Positions 9,200-19,885 of a DNA stretch of 64,000 nt are shown one piece after another; the stretch's first letter is position 1, and the number at the start of each line of letters is the position of its first letter. The stretch spans positions 1,920,001-1,984,000 of the forward strand of contig CAWIIB010000009.1 of NCBI GenBank assembly GCA_963836075.1, in the 5' to 3' direction. The notes under the pieces are model-generated. The model had not been told where the DNA came from and made no database searches. It saw only the letters and a list, made by a program, of their open reading frames with translations. A program made the position numbers and the translations under genes. Origin of the DNA: an uncultured Acidobacteriota bacterium (GTDB lineage: Bacteria > Acidobacteriota > JAQAZP01).

Positions 9200-11200
9200 G
9201 TGGAGACAGAGACTGAAGGGGAGGAGGCTTCGAGTAGCCGGTTCTCCACGTTGAAATCCCTGGTGGGCCTCGGATCCGAGACCGAACACCAGCAGGCGGT
9301 GCTGCGCCTGGTGGTTGGTTTCTTTTTCTTCTGCTATCTGCTCTACATCACCCTGTCGGACGGTGCCCTTCTGGGCAACGATCTGATTACCCTGATCGGG
9401 GGAGGGATCTTCTTTGTTTGCGCCTTTGGTATCATCACCTGGCTTGTTCTTTCGCCGGAGGTGTCGGTGCCGAGACGGCTGGCGGGAATCGTTGTCGACA
9501 ACGGTGCGGCGACAGCCGTCCTCTACTTTCTCGGGGAACTGGGGGCACCGCTTTTCATTGTCTATCTCTGGGTAAGTTTCGGCAATGGTTTCCGGTTTGG
9601 CGAGAAGTATCTGGCCTTCTCCGCGGGCTGTGCCGTGTTGGGTTTCTCCTTTGCCGCACTTGCCAGCCCGTCTTACAGTCTCGGGCCCTACGTGACCTTT
9701 GGCATCCTCGTCGGTCTCATTGTCCTTCCCTTCTATGTGGCGGTGCTTCTCCGTCAGCTGCGGCGCACCCTCGAACTGGCCCGGAGTGCCAGCCGGGCCA
9801 AGTCCAATTTTCTGGCGACGATGAGTCATGAGATAAGAACGCCACTGAACGGGGTGGTGGGCATCTCGGAAATGTTGTCCAGGACCAGTCTGGATAACAG
9901 GCAACGCCACTATGTGGAGATGATCGGACGAAGCAGCGAGTGGCTGATGAGGGTCATCTCAGATGGGTTGGACTTTTCAAAAATCGAAGCCGGCGAGTTC
10001 CTCCTGGTCAACGAACCGTTCGGGCTCAAGGAGGTCCTGGAGGATTTAGGCAGCCTCTATCAGGGGGTGGAAGGCGATAGCGATGTGGAGTTAGTCGTGG
10101 AACTGGATCCCGACCTTCCGGAGCAGGTGGTTGGCGATCAACTGCGGCTGACCCAGGTTGTCGGGAATCTGCTCACCAACAGTTTCAAGTTCACCGAGAG
10201 GGGGGTGGTCCGCCTGGCAGTCAAAGTGACGAGTCGATCGCCCCGCGGGGTCAGGGTTCTGTGCAGTGTCGAAGATACGGGGCCGGGGATTGACCCGGAA
10301 AAGCAGGCCCTGGTCTTTGAGCCCTTCCGCCAGGAAGAGTCGGGAACGGTGAAGAGATACGGAGGGACCGGCCTGGGGCTCACCATCGCCGACCGGATTG
10401 TCCGCCTGATGGGGGGCGAACTGACCCTGGAGAGCGAGGTCGGGGTGGGGAGCTGTTTTCGCTTTGAGGTGGAGTTCGAGCTTCCGGACCCGGACGAGAC
10501 CGACCTCGCCGTCCATATCGAACAGCCCTCCGCTGCGGTCTGGCAGCGTCCACCCAGGATACTGCTGGTTGAGGATCATGAAATAAACCAGGAGGTTGTC
10601 GTCCACCAGTTGGAGATGATGGGCTGTGAGGTGGTCCTGGCCTCCAACGGCCAGGAAGCGGTGGAGAAGGCAATGGCCGGTGGGATTGATGCGGTGTTGA
10701 TGGACTGTCAGATGCCCGTGCTGGACGGCTACGAGGCAACGAAAGCGATTCGCCAGGCTGAGCAGCCGCTGCAGGACGGAAAGAGCCTGCCGATAATCGC
10801 CCTCACCGCACACGTCACCCTCGACGACAGAAAGCGTTGTCTGGCCTGCGGCATGGATGACTATCTGGGGAAACCGTTCAGGACCCGGGACCTTTGGATC
10901 AAGCTTGTCAGGTGGCTGCCTTTCCTGCTCCGGGACGCGGCCGCCTCCCCCGCCCTGGCGGATCAGGACCCGGCGGCAGTGGAGGAACCCGCCATTCCTG
11001 TCGCCGAACATGACGATCTTTCGAAGCGCAAGCTTCTTCACGATCTGAATAACATGCTCTTCAGTATCCAGGGCAGCGCCGAGCTCTACCTGGCGGCGCA
11101 ACAGAAGGATGCTGAGAGACAGCACGTCGAAATCATCTACAAGGCCGTGCGGAAGGCCAATTCACTGGTCGCACGCCTGGAAGAGGAACGGACAGAGTGA
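9200..11200 (+). CDS. RpfC-like hybrid sensor histidine kinase (TM sensor-HisKA-HATPase-REC plus DHp-like tail)
   Basis: EHQQAVLRL..RRLAGIVVD..LWVSFGNGFRFG sensor, FLATMSHEIRTPLNG, GGTGLGL, LMDCQMPVLDG. The GTG start at 9200 is an estimate. Confidence 0.85.
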   Translation: METETEGEEASSSRFSTLKSLVGLGSETEHQQAVLRLVVGFFFFCYLLYITLSDGALLGNDLITLIGGGIFFVCAFGIITWLVLSPEVSVPRRLAGIVVDNGAATAVLYFLGELGAPLFIVYLWVSFGNGFRFGEKYLAFSAGCAVLGFSFAALASPSYSLGPYVTFGILVGLIVLPFYVAVLLRQLRRTLELARSASRAKSNFLATMSHEIRTPLNGVVGISEMLSRTSLDNRQRHYVEMIGRSSEWLMRVISDGLDFSKIEAGEFLLVNEPFGLKEVLEDLGSLYQGVEGDSDVELVVELDPDLPEQVVGDQLRLTQVVGNLLTNSFKFTERGVVRLAVKVTSRSPRGVRVLCSVEDTGPGIDPEKQALVFEPFRQEESGTVKRYGGTGLGLTIADRIVRLMGGELTLESEVGVGSCFRFEVEFELPDPDETDLAVHIEQPSAAVWQRPPRILLVEDHEINQEVVVHQLEMMGCEVVLASNGQEAVEKAMAGGIDAVLMDCQMPVLDGYEATKAIRQAEQPLQDGKSLPIIALTAHVTLDDRKRCLACGMDDYLGKPFRTRDLWIKLVRWLPFLLRDAAASPALADQDPAAVEEPAIPVAEHDDLSKRKLLHDLNNMLFSIQGSAELYLAAQQKDAERQHVEIIYKAVRKANSLVARLEEERTE

Positions 11201-11267
11201 AGGTGGCCATGGACCGGTAATTCATAGAACAGGCGATGGAAATAGCATAACCGTGAACAAGTATTCG

Positions 11268-11588
11268 ATGAGCAGGTTTTCGCTGAAGTTCAGCGATCCG
11301 GAGACGGAAATGCTCTACATGGAGCATATCTTCCACCGGAAGATCTGGTATTGCCGCATCGCCTGGGGGCTGGTGATCGTCCTGGGGGGCCTGTTTGCCC
11401 TGTTGGACCGGCAGGTGTTCGGGGAGCGAGCGGAACTGGTTCTCCTGGTTTGATTAAGCCTTATTTCGCTGGCGGCGCTGGTCCTGGCTTATACCTTCAG
11501 TCCCCGGGCGAAGCGGTTTTTCGAATGCAGTTCGTGTTTCTTTGTTCTGGGCGTCGGGACTTTTTTGTACCTTCCTGACGGTGATGAG
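11268..11588 (+). pseudogene. Truncated membrane sensor N-terminus (adenylate-cyclase-like membrane anchor)
   Basis: SLKFSDPETEMLY..RIAWGLVIVLGGLFALLD, internal TGA at 11451, ends at the junction with the def fragment. Confidence 0.5.
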
Positions 11589-11756
11589 CGGCGCGGCCAG
11601 GCCCCCGCCCTTCCCGTGGATGCGCTGCAGGTCACTGAGCGTGTCCTCCAGGTTGCGCGCCGTCTTTTGGACTTCCGGGGACTGGAATTCCGTGACCTCG
11701 ATACTGGTCTCACGCAACAGCGGATTGCCGAACTGCAGGACGTTGCGTTTCGCCAT
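11589..11756 (-). pseudogene. def: Truncated peptide deformylase
   Basis: VLQFGNPLLRE..GGGLAAP breaks off before the Q of motif 1. EGCLS and HExDH motifs are absent. Confidence 0.75.
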
Positions 11757-11758
11757 GG

Positions 11759-13069
11759 TTAGCGTCCGTTTTCCTGCTGCAGCGACTGCGCCACCTTTTC
11801 CACCGCCCGCCAGGTGCGGAGGAGGTTCCCGCCCCAGATCTTGCGGATGTCCTTGTCCGAATAGCCGCGCCGGACCAGTTCGACGGTGACGTTGAGGGCC
11901 TGGCTGTGGTCGGCGAAGCCGATGAACCCGCCGCCGCCGTCAAAGTCGGTGCCGATACCCACGTGGTCGATGCCGGCCACCTGCACCGCGTGGTCGATGT
12001 GGTCCACGTAGGTCTCGATGGTGGCAATGGGGTGGGCCTCGGCGATCTGCCGGCGCCGGCCCCAGTACTCATCCAGCTTCGGGCGCAGCACTGCGCGCTG
12101 TTCTTCGGTCAGCAGGCGGTACTCGTCCCAGGTGGGGATCCCCATCTCCTGGCGCAGCTTGTTCATCGCCGCCTCCCGCTCCGGCGATTCCGGCCCCAGG
12201 TATTGCTCGAGGGTCACGACCTGGATCACGCCGCCGTTTTTTGCCAGGGCCTTCAACTGGTTGTCGGTCAGGTTGCGGTCATGGGCGTGGACGGCGCTGC
12301 ACCCCGAGTGCGAGGCGATGATCGGTGCCCGGGACGTTGCGATCAGGTCAAAAAAGGCCTTCTCCGAAATGTGTGATGCGTCACACATGATGCCCAGACG
12401 GTTCATCCGGGCCACCACTTTTTTCCCGAAGGCGGAGATCCCGTCATGCAGCGGCTTCTCCGGGCTGGACGAATCGCAGATCTGGTTGTGGCCGGTGTGG
12501 CAGAGCGTGATATATCGTGCCCCCAGCTCGTGACAGCGGCTGAGATACTCCAGGTTCTCGCCGATGGGGAACCCATTCTCCACGCCGATGATCACGGCTT
12601 TTTTGCCCCCGGCCACAATCCGCTCCACGTCGGCGGGCGTGCGGGCCAGGGCGCAGCGATCGGGATACTGCTTCTCCACCACCCGCTGGATCGCGACGAA
12701 CTGCGCCTTGGCCTTTTCCCGGGCCCTGGAGTATGTCTCCTCGTTCAACTCCTTCGCCTGGCTGGTGAAGACGGCCAGAAAGACCGCGTCCATCCCCCCC
12801 TGCTCCATCTTCACCAGGTCGCAACGCAGCTTGGGGTTGTCGATGCCCGGGTCCAGCTCGCCGGTGCCGTATTGCTCACCGGGAATATCCACGTGGGAAT
12901 CGATGGTCAGGGCCAGCTCATGGACGGCCATTGCCCGGTCGAGGAGTTGCTCCTCTTTGGTCCGGGGGGCTGATTCATCGGCCCGGGACATCACAGTGAT
13001 GGCCATCAGAGCCGCGAGCAGACCACAGGCGATACAGAGTGCGGTCGTCGATTTCTTTTCAGTCCTCAT
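11759..13069 (-). CDS. Membrane dipeptidase (M19 family), secreted
   Basis: DSHVD, GVENG, YITLCH, DASH, ASHS, VGIGTDFDGGG. Confidence 0.92.
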   Translation of the reverse strand: MRTEKKSTTALCIACGLLAALMAITVMSRADESAPRTKEEQLLDRAMAVHELALTIDSHVDIPGEQYGTGELDPGIDNPKLRCDLVKMEQGGMDAVFLAVFTSQAKELNEETYSRAREKAKAQFVAIQRVVEKQYPDRCALARTPADVERIVAGGKKAVIIGVENGFPIGENLEYLSRCHELGARYITLCHTGHNQICDSSSPEKPLHDGISAFGKKVVARMNRLGIMCDASHISEKAFFDLIATSRAPIIASHSGCSAVHAHDRNLTDNQLKALAKNGGVIQVVTLEQYLGPESPEREAAMNKLRQEMGIPTWDEYRLLTEEQRAVLRPKLDEYWGRRRQIAEAHPIATIETYVDHIDHAVQVAGIDHVGIGTDFDGGGGFIGFADHSQALNVTVELVRRGYSDKDIRKIWGGNLLRTWRAVEKVAQSLQQENGR

Positions 13070-13395
13070 GTGATATCTCCTGACAACTGCAGATGAGCGC
13101 GCCGTTCGGGCGGTTCATGCCCCGCCTGCCGGCTCCGGCAGGGGAATGACCCGCAGGAATTGCATCCGGATCGTTGCGGTGGCTCACGTTTGTTCGGGGA
13201 TGTATATCTCCCGGGTCCGTCACGGGAGGGTGTGTGAAAAGAGTGTACCCCGCCGACTGCGGTCTGGCAACACTCTCCCCCCCGGTTCCTTGACTGGACG
13301 GCAGCAATTCCCTACTCTTTTACCTGGTGGTGTTGCGATGTATTGTGTGAACCGGGCACACGGGTGATGACAGTGGACCAGGGGAGGATCAACTG

Positions 13396-14226
13396 ATGAG
13401 TGAGGCGAAGGAGCGGATTTCTTCGGCCATTGACCGGGCCAGAGCCGATCTCGAGCTGGCCTTGCATGATCTGGAGAAGCTGCCGGTGGTCAGCAAGGAT
13501 GCCGTGGGTTTCGCATCACACGCCCTGAACAACTACATCACCGTCACCGGGGGGGCGGTGGAACTGCTGGGAATGATGCTGGCGGATCACCCCAATCCCG
13601 AAGTTGCCCGGCTGCTCGGCGCCATGCGGCGTTCCACCGACCTGATGACGTGCACGGTCGCTCAAATGAGGAGCGATTCGGCGGGGTGGGACAGCACTGT
13701 CATCCTCGACAAGGTCAATCTGGGGGTCATGACCAGGCGTTTTACCGAGTTTTATCAAGCGCTGGCGGATCGGAAGCAGATCAGCTGTATCTTCGAGCCC
13801 GCTGAGCAAGAGGCGCTGGTCTGGACGGACCATGTGATGACCGCCGTGGTCCTCGACAACCTGCTGTCCAACGCGGTGAAGTTTTCACCGGCGGGCAGTT
13901 GTGTCCGGATCAGTTTGTCGGTGGAGCAGGAATGGGTTTCCTGCAAGATTCGTGACGAGGGGCCGGGGATTGGCCCGGAAGACCAGGCGAAGTTGTTCCA
14001 GCGTGGGGGTCGTCTGACACCGCAACCCACGGGAGGAGAGTCGTCCACGGGATACGGCCTGGCGGTGGCCAAAGAGTTCATCGACAAGCTGGGCGGGACG
14101 ATCTGGTGTGAGAGCCGTCCGGGTGAAGGGTCGTGCTTCGCCTTCCGCCTGACCCGCTACCAGGAGCAGATCCACGGACCGGGGCGCAGTGAGCCATGGC
14201 CCTCCGCGGAGAATACGACCCGCTAA
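13396..14226 (+). CDS. Cytoplasmic histidine kinase lacking a sensor domain
   Basis: SHALNNY H-box, NLLSNAVKFS, DEGPG, STGYGLA; RBS GGAGG. Confidence 0.88.
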   Translation: MSEAKERISSAIDRARADLELALHDLEKLPVVSKDAVGFASHALNNYITVTGGAVELLGMMLADHPNPEVARLLGAMRRSTDLMTCTVAQMRSDSAGWDSTVILDKVNLGVMTRRFTEFYQALADRKQISCIFEPAEQEALVWTDHVMTAVVLDNLLSNAVKFSPAGSCVRISLSVEQEWVSCKIRDEGPGIGPEDQAKLFQRGGRLTPQPTGGESSTGYGLAVAKEFIDKLGGTIWCESRPGEGSCFAFRLTRYQEQIHGPGRSEPWPSAENTTR

Positions 14227-14228
14227 GT

Positions 14229-15512
14229 TCAGGCGTCCAGCAGCAGATGACTGCTCACGGTGCCCTCGAGACAGGTAGCGCAGGGTGCCCCAACCTTTTT
14301 TCGCCCACCAGGCCGGGCGAGGGTCCGGGCCATGGACAATCGCCGGGGAGACCAGTAGAGGTCGCGAAGCGGTCTTTCGAACGCATTGCCCAGATTCAGC
14401 TCCCCCTGGTCGTCGCCGCAGCACATCCCGAAGTCCCCGTCGTATCGAATCATCAAAAAGTGGTAGGGCTGCGGGCACGGGAAATCGAGGTAGACCGGAT
14501 CGGCCAGGCTCCTGTCCACACTGTCTGAGGCGTTGGCGCGGATGGTGCAGTTCCACTGCGGCACGCTGAAGCGAACCGTCGTTTTCCTGAAGCGGCTCTT
14601 CCACCTCGCAATCTCATCGTTCAGTTCATCGGCGCTCTGGGCATCGTAGAGACCGATATTCAGCCCATCCACCACGCCGTCCAACCTGCGGCACAGATCG
14701 GGGCTCTTTGCCAGAACCGCGCCGTTGGTGTCCTCCCATTGGGCCATCCCGCTGTTCTCTCTCACATAGCGGGTGAATTTCTCGTAGCGCCCGTCGAGAA
14801 AGGCTTCCGACAACCGGTGCTTTTTAAGGGTGCCCCGGTAGCCCAGTTCGGCCAGCTGGTCGATCAGGGAATAGAACTGCCTGTCCGGCATCCGCTGGTC
14901 CACATGCCGGCCTTTTGGATCCTTGCGGACCCCGCTGCGGTCTTTGAACCGCGGGCACCAGGTGCAGTTCAGGTTGCAGTTGGACTGGATCTCCAGCTCG
15001 GCACTGCGCCACATGGGAAAGGTGCTGCGGGTCCGTGTCACCGTCCGGTAGCCGTCGCGCAGGAACTCGAGATGCCTGCCGCTCCGGGTCATGGCATGGA
15101 GCAGTGACTGCAACGGCGGCATCCGGCGGCCGAGCGGCCGCACCTCCGCCAGGTAGATGGCGCTGATTTCCGAACGCTGCAGCAGGCGGAAGCGCCACTC
15201 CGCGGGGAGTTCGTCGCCTGCGGCGGTCACCAACTGTTCGACCAGCGGGCCTCCGGAGGCGAAGGCGCGGAACAGGCTGACCAGGCAGAGACGCAGGCAA
15301 TCCCGGAGAGGGAAGAGGCGTCCGATATGGTGCCCGGCCAGGGCCTGACGGTCCGTGCCAAGCATCTCCGACATGGTCTGGTCCAGATCGAGAATCGTCA
15401 TCTGATCGAGAAGAATCCGCCCCCTGTCCGGGGATTTCTCCCGCAGCAGGGACTGATACCTCTGGATGGTCTGCTGGCGAGGTTCAACGGGTGTGACCGG
15501 AAGTGGTTTCAT
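14229..15512 (-). CDS. Radical SAM/SPASM(twitch) protein with a putative N-terminal PAS domain
   Basis: CNLNCTWC; CPQP..DGDFGMCC..CATC; PAS-like first 125 aa. Confidence 0.8.
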   Translation of the reverse strand: MKPLPVTPVEPRQQTIQRYQSLLREKSPDRGRILLDQMTILDLDQTMSEMLGTDRQALAGHHIGRLFPLRDCLRLCLVSLFRAFASGGPLVEQLVTAAGDELPAEWRFRLLQRSEISAIYLAEVRPLGRRMPPLQSLLHAMTRSGRHLEFLRDGYRTVTRTRSTFPMWRSAELEIQSNCNLNCTWCPRFKDRSGVRKDPKGRHVDQRMPDRQFYSLIDQLAELGYRGTLKKHRLSEAFLDGRYEKFTRYVRENSGMAQWEDTNGAVLAKSPDLCRRLDGVVDGLNIGLYDAQSADELNDEIARWKSRFRKTTVRFSVPQWNCTIRANASDSVDRSLADPVYLDFPCPQPYHFLMIRYDGDFGMCCGDDQGELNLGNAFERPLRDLYWSPRRLSMARTLARPGGRKKVGAPCATCLEGTVSSHLLLDA

Positions 15513-15714
15513 CGTGATGCCCTTGCATGCTGGTGGCGAAGCTCTCAAATCCCCGCATCGTCAACATTCTCGGGCCTCCAATTACAAAATGTCAAGGATA
15601 CGGATTGGCCTGGGTTCAAATTATTGATTTAAATAGGGAAAAATATCTTGAATTACTTTAGAGTTATTATTATATTGTCTGGAGCAGGGCTGATCGAAGC
15701 GGAGTCGGGACACC

Positions 15715-16826
15715 ATGAGCACTCACCAACTGCAGGGACTGAAGGGTATCGACCTGGTGATGGGGTATCCGTGCAATGTCCGCTGCGAATTCTGTCACCA
15801 GGCTGACTACTCACCCAAACGGGTTCTCCACCGGAGAATATGGAGCGAAGCGCTGCTTCCGGCCTATGAGGTCATCGGCGGTCTGAACATGCAGGGAGGT
15901 GAGCCCACGGGTACCTGAAGAGCTGCCGGGAACTGCTGCAACTGCTGCTGGACCGCTATCCCAATGTACGGCTGGCCCTGATGACCAACGGGTTGAAGTT
16001 CGAGGGGATCTTCGAAGAAGCCTATCTGGAGCGGGGCCGTTTCGTCAATTTCTCGCTCAACGCGGTGGACAAGGCGGTGTACGACAGGGTGATGGTCGGG
16101 TCGGACCACCAGCGTGTTTTCGCCAATCTCGAACGGTTCATCCAGCGCCGGGAAATATCCGGAAGCACGGTGGCCATCGGCGCCAGCCTGGTGATCACCC
16201 AGCTGAACCTCAATCAGATCGCGCCCTTCATCCGCTACTGCCGGGAAAAGGGGATCAGCGCACAGCTCACCACCGACTGTATCCTCAGCGTCGAGGTGGA
16301 ACCGATGCTGGCCCAGGCCGCCATCGCCGAGGGCTACGCCGCTTCTGAAGGGGCCCAAAATGGGGATGTGGTGGGTCTGAGCGAGTATGACTGGCTGCTG
16401 TCCATACGCCACCGGGTTCAGCCCCTGCGGGAACGGTTCACCGTGGAGGAGCGCAAACGGAGCACGGCCTGCCACGTGGCCTACGAGCGGCTCTTTGTGG
16501 ATTTCGAAGGCACTTGCCAGGTCTGTTGCCAGTCCTGGTACCCCGTGGGAAGCCTGAAGAAGCAGTCGCTGGCGGAGATCTGGAATGGTGATAGGATGAA
16601 CCGCTTCCGGGAGCGTCTGGAGAACAGCGACTACCGCGACTGCGGGCTCACCTGTATTTACAACCAGGCCCCGGCCAGTCCCCGCACCTCTCTGATGCGT
16701 AAGGTCGCCTTCAAAGCCACCCGCGATCCCTGGCTTTATCTCAAAAAGGCGCGTGCCAAACGGAAGACGAACGGTCGCTTCAGGAAACTGAGGGATCAGC
16801 AAAGAGCTGCCGGTGTCCTCAGCTGA
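15715..16826 (+). CDS. Radical SAM/SPASM protein, frameshifted near 15910
   Basis: CNVRCEFC and GGEPT in one frame, continuing YLKSCRELL..MTNG..CHVAY..CCQ..C in another. Confidence 0.78.
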
Positions 16827-16949
16827 CCCGACCGATCCTTCCCCTCGGCCGATTCCCCGCCTTGTTTCCCACGTCTCGCCGTCCGGCCAAAAACCATGTA
16901 CAATACACTCATCTGAAGCAATTTCCCCGACGGACCCGAATTGTGAGGG

Positions 16950-17921
16950 ATGAAGATGAACCGTTCGACTCTCCGCGTGTGTGTCGTTATCAGTCTCGTC
17001 TTGCTGGCCGCCGGTTGCGGAGAGGTGCCGCGTGGCCAGGGCAGTATTTCCGGACGGCAGGTCAGCGCGGTGGCCACCACCGGGATGATCGGCGACCTGG
17101 TGGCCAACATCGGCGGGGAACGGGTGCAGGTCACCACCCTGATGGGCCCCGGTGTCGATCCGCATCTCTACAAGGCCAGCGAAGGGGATGTGGGACGGCT
17201 CACTGGGGCGGACATCATCTTTTACAACGGCCTGCACCTCGAGGGGAAGATGGCCGAGGTGCTGGAGCGGTTGGGAGCCAGTGTCCCCACCATGGCGGTG
17301 GCCGAAGCGCTGGACGAGGAGCGCCTGCTCACGCCCTCGGAGTTCAGGGGGGCCCACGACCCCCACGTCTGGTTCGACGTGTCACAGTGGGCCGACATCG
17401 CCGCCGGAGTTCGCGACCGGCTGCTGGAACTGGATCCCGAGCACGCGCAGACATATCGGCAGAACGCTGCCGCCTACATCGAGCAACTGGAAGCGCTGCA
17501 CAGTGAGGTGCTGCGCAAGGCCGAGCTGATCCCGGCGGAACAGCGCATCCTGGTCACGGCCCACGATGCCTTCAACTATTTCGGGCGGGCCTACGGCTTC
17601 GAGGTGCGCGGCCTCCAGGGGATCAGCACCGCCACCGAGGCCGGCACCGCCGACGTGCAGGACCTGGTGGACTTTGTCGTGGAGAACCGGGTCCCGGCGC
17701 TGTTCATCGAGTCCTCGGTGCCGGTGCGCACCATCGAAGCGGTACGCAATGCTGTGCGGTCCAAGGGGTTTGACGTCTCCATCGGCGGCGAGCTGTTTTC
17801 GGATGCCATGGGAAGTCCCGGCAGTCCCGAGGGCAGCTACCTCGGGATGGTGAGCCACAATATCGACACCATCGTCAGTGCCTACGGGTTTGATCCCGTC
17901 GCCATCCCGGCAGCCCACTGA
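16950..17921 (+). CDS. troA: Mn/Zn/Fe ABC transporter substrate-binding lipoprotein
   Basis: Lipobox [34 protein letters not shown]. Confidence 0.92.
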   Translation: MKMNRSTLRVCVVISLVLLAAGCGEVPRGQGSISGRQVSAVATTGMIGDLVANIGGERVQVTTLMGPGVDPHLYKASEGDVGRLTGADIIFYNGLHLEGKMAEVLERLGASVPTMAVAEALDEERLLTPSEFRGAHDPHVWFDVSQWADIAAGVRDRLLELDPEHAQTYRQNAAAYIEQLEALHSEVLRKAELIPAEQRILVTAHDAFNYFGRAYGFEVRGLQGISTATEAGTADVQDLVDFVVENRVPALFIESSVPVRTIEAVRNAVRSKGFDVSIGGELFSDAMGSPGSPEGSYLGMVSHNIDTIVSAYGFDPVAIPAAH

Positions 17922-17923
17922 CC

Positions 17924-18742
17924 GTGTCGTCGCAAGCAGGACGCAACGTGACCAAATCAGCGGCCATTGAAGTCAGCGACATCACCGTGGCCTACCGGGA
18001 GAAGCCGGTGCTCTGGGACATCGACCTGCTGGTCCCCCAGGGCGTGCTGATGTCCATTGTCGGCCCCAACGGCGCGGGCAAGACCACCCTGATCAAGGCC
18101 ATCCTCGGGCTGGTCCCCACGGCGGCGGGAAACGTCCGGATTTTTGGCCAGCCGTACGGCGAGGTGCGCAAGCGGGTGGGCTATGTCCCGCAGCGCGGCA
18201 GCGTTGACTGGGATTTCCCCACCACGGCGCTCGACGTGGTGATGATGGGGAGTTACGGCTCGCTGGGATGGGTGCGCCGCCCGGGACGCATCGAGAGGGA
18301 GGCCGCACTCAAGGCATTGGATCGGGTGGGCGTCCGTGAGCTGGCCGGCCGTCAGATCAGCCAGCTCTCCGGCGGGCAGCAGCAGCGCGTCTTTCTTGCC
18401 CGCGCCCTGATCCAGAATGCGGATCTCTACTTCATGGATGAGCCGTTCCAGGGGGTGGATGCCACCACCGAGCGGGCGATCATCGAGATCCTCAAGGAAT
18501 TCCGCGAGCAGGGTAAGACGGTGCTGGTGGTCCATCATGACCTCCAGACCGTGCCGGAGTATTTCGACTGGGTGATCCTGCTCAACGTGCGCCGGATCGC
18601 CAGCGGTTCGGTGAGCGATGTGTTCACCGAAGAAAACCTCCGCCTCGCCTTTGGCGGCAAGGTGGGATTCCTCTCCCCCCACGAAGCCGGCGGCACGGAC
18701 CAGCACATTATCGAACGGAAGGGCGCCGAAACAGCCGATTAG
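17924..18742 (+). CDS. troB: Metal ABC transporter ATP-binding protein
   Basis: [25 protein letters not shown]. The start may be a nearby downstream GTG. Confidence 0.92.
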   Translation: MSSQAGRNVTKSAAIEVSDITVAYREKPVLWDIDLLVPQGVLMSIVGPNGAGKTTLIKAILGLVPTAAGNVRIFGQPYGEVRKRVGYVPQRGSVDWDFPTTALDVVMMGSYGSLGWVRRPGRIEREAALKALDRVGVRELAGRQISQLSGGQQQRVFLARALIQNADLYFMDEPFQGVDATTERAIIEILKEFREQGKTVLVVHHDLQTVPEYFDWVILLNVRRIASGSVSDVFTEENLRLAFGGKVGFLSPHEAGGTDQHIIERKGAETAD

Positions 18743-18760
18743 AGGCAGCGTACCAGGCCT

Positions 18761-19885
18761 ATGGATCCTCTCGCCATCTTTACCGACTATACCCTGCGCA
18801 CCGTGGCCATGGGTGCGGCACTGCTGGGTGCCGTGAGCGGGGCGCTGGGCACCTTCGCCCTGTTGCGCCGCCGGGCCCTGCTCGGCGACGCCATGAGCCA
18901 TGCCGCCCTCCCCGGCATCGCCCTCGCCTTCCTGATCACCGGCAGCAAGGCGCCGCTGGTGATCCTGGCCGGGGCGGCGGTGGCCGGGTGGCTGGGGGCC
19001 TGGTTCGTGCTGCAGGTGGTCAACCTGACCCGGATCAAGGAGGACAGCGCTCTCGGCCTGGTGCTTTCGGTCTTCTTCGGCTTCGGTCTGGTCCTGCTGA
19101 CCTGGATTCAGAAACGTCCCGATGCCTCCCAGGCCGGGCTGGACAAGTTCCTCTTCGGCCAGGCGGCCACCCTGATGGAGAAGGATCTGCTGGCCATGGC
19201 GGCCCTGGGCCTGCCGGCTCTGATACTTATGCTTCTCTTCTGGAAGGAACTGAAGCTGCTCAGTTTCGATCCCGAATTCGGCAATTCCCTCGGCTATCCC
19301 ATGCGGCGGCTGGACCTGCTGCTGACCACCCTGCTGGTGGTGGCCATCGTCATCGGGCTGCAGACCGTGGGTGTGGTGCTGATGAGCGCGATGCTCGTCG
19401 CTCCGGCAGCTGCTGCCCGGCAGTGGACCGACCGCCTGGGTGTGATGGTGTTGCTGGCCGCCATTTTCGGTGCGGCGGGGGGAGTGGGCGGGGCGGTGCT
19501 TTCCAGCGCTGTCCGCCGGCTGCCAACCGGGCCCACCATCGTGCTCTTCATGAGCGCGGTGGTGCTGCTGTCGCTGCTGCTGGCGCCGAACCGCGGGCTG
19601 CTCTGGTCCTGGATCCGCCGGCTGCGCAGCCGCCGCCGCCTCCAGCTGCGGGCGGTGCTGGAGGACCTTCACGCCCTCTCGCTGCAGCATGCCGACCCAT
19701 ACCACCCGCACCGCACGGCCGTGCTGCGGGCGATGAGCGAAGGGCACGGCGGGGCGGACCGCAGCCTGGAGGAACTGGAGTCGCGGGGGCTGGCCCGGCG
19801 GGTGGGGCCTGACCGCTGGGCGCTGACCGAGGCGGGGGCGGCCGAAGCTGTCCGGACCATCGGTGAGCAGGGAGGTGCCCGATGA
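18761..19885 (+). CDS. troC: Metal ABC transporter permease with C-terminal wHTH-like extension
   Basis: DAMSHAALPG, LFG, FDPEF, APAAAARQW. Confidence 0.88.
   Translation: MDPLAIFTDYTLRTVAMGAALLGAVSGALGTFALLRRRALLGDAMSHAALPGIALAFLITGSKAPLVILAGAAVAGWLGAWFVLQVVNLTRIKEDSALGLVLSVFFGFGLVLLTWIQKRPDASQAGLDKFLFGQAATLMEKDLLAMAALGLPALILMLLFWKELKLLSFDPEFGNSLGYPMRRLDLLLTTLLVVAIVIGLQTVGVVLMSAMLVAPAAAARQWTDRLGVMVLLAAIFGAAGGVGGAVLSSAVRRLPTGPTIVLFMSAVVLLSLLLAPNRGLLWSWIRRLRSRRRLQLRAVLEDLHALSLQHADPYHPHRTAVLRAMSEGHGGADRSLEELESRGLARRVGPDRWALTEAGAAEAVRTIGEQGGAR

Noticed and set aside
11451-11453. TGA as a second selenocysteine codon
   Set aside because: No redox motif context, and it lies in a truncated fragment; a nonsense mutation is more likely.
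13075-13390. Riboswitch upstream of the dipeptidase
   Set aside because: GC-rich hairpins are present but I recognise no aptamer consensus; an Rfam scan would be needed.
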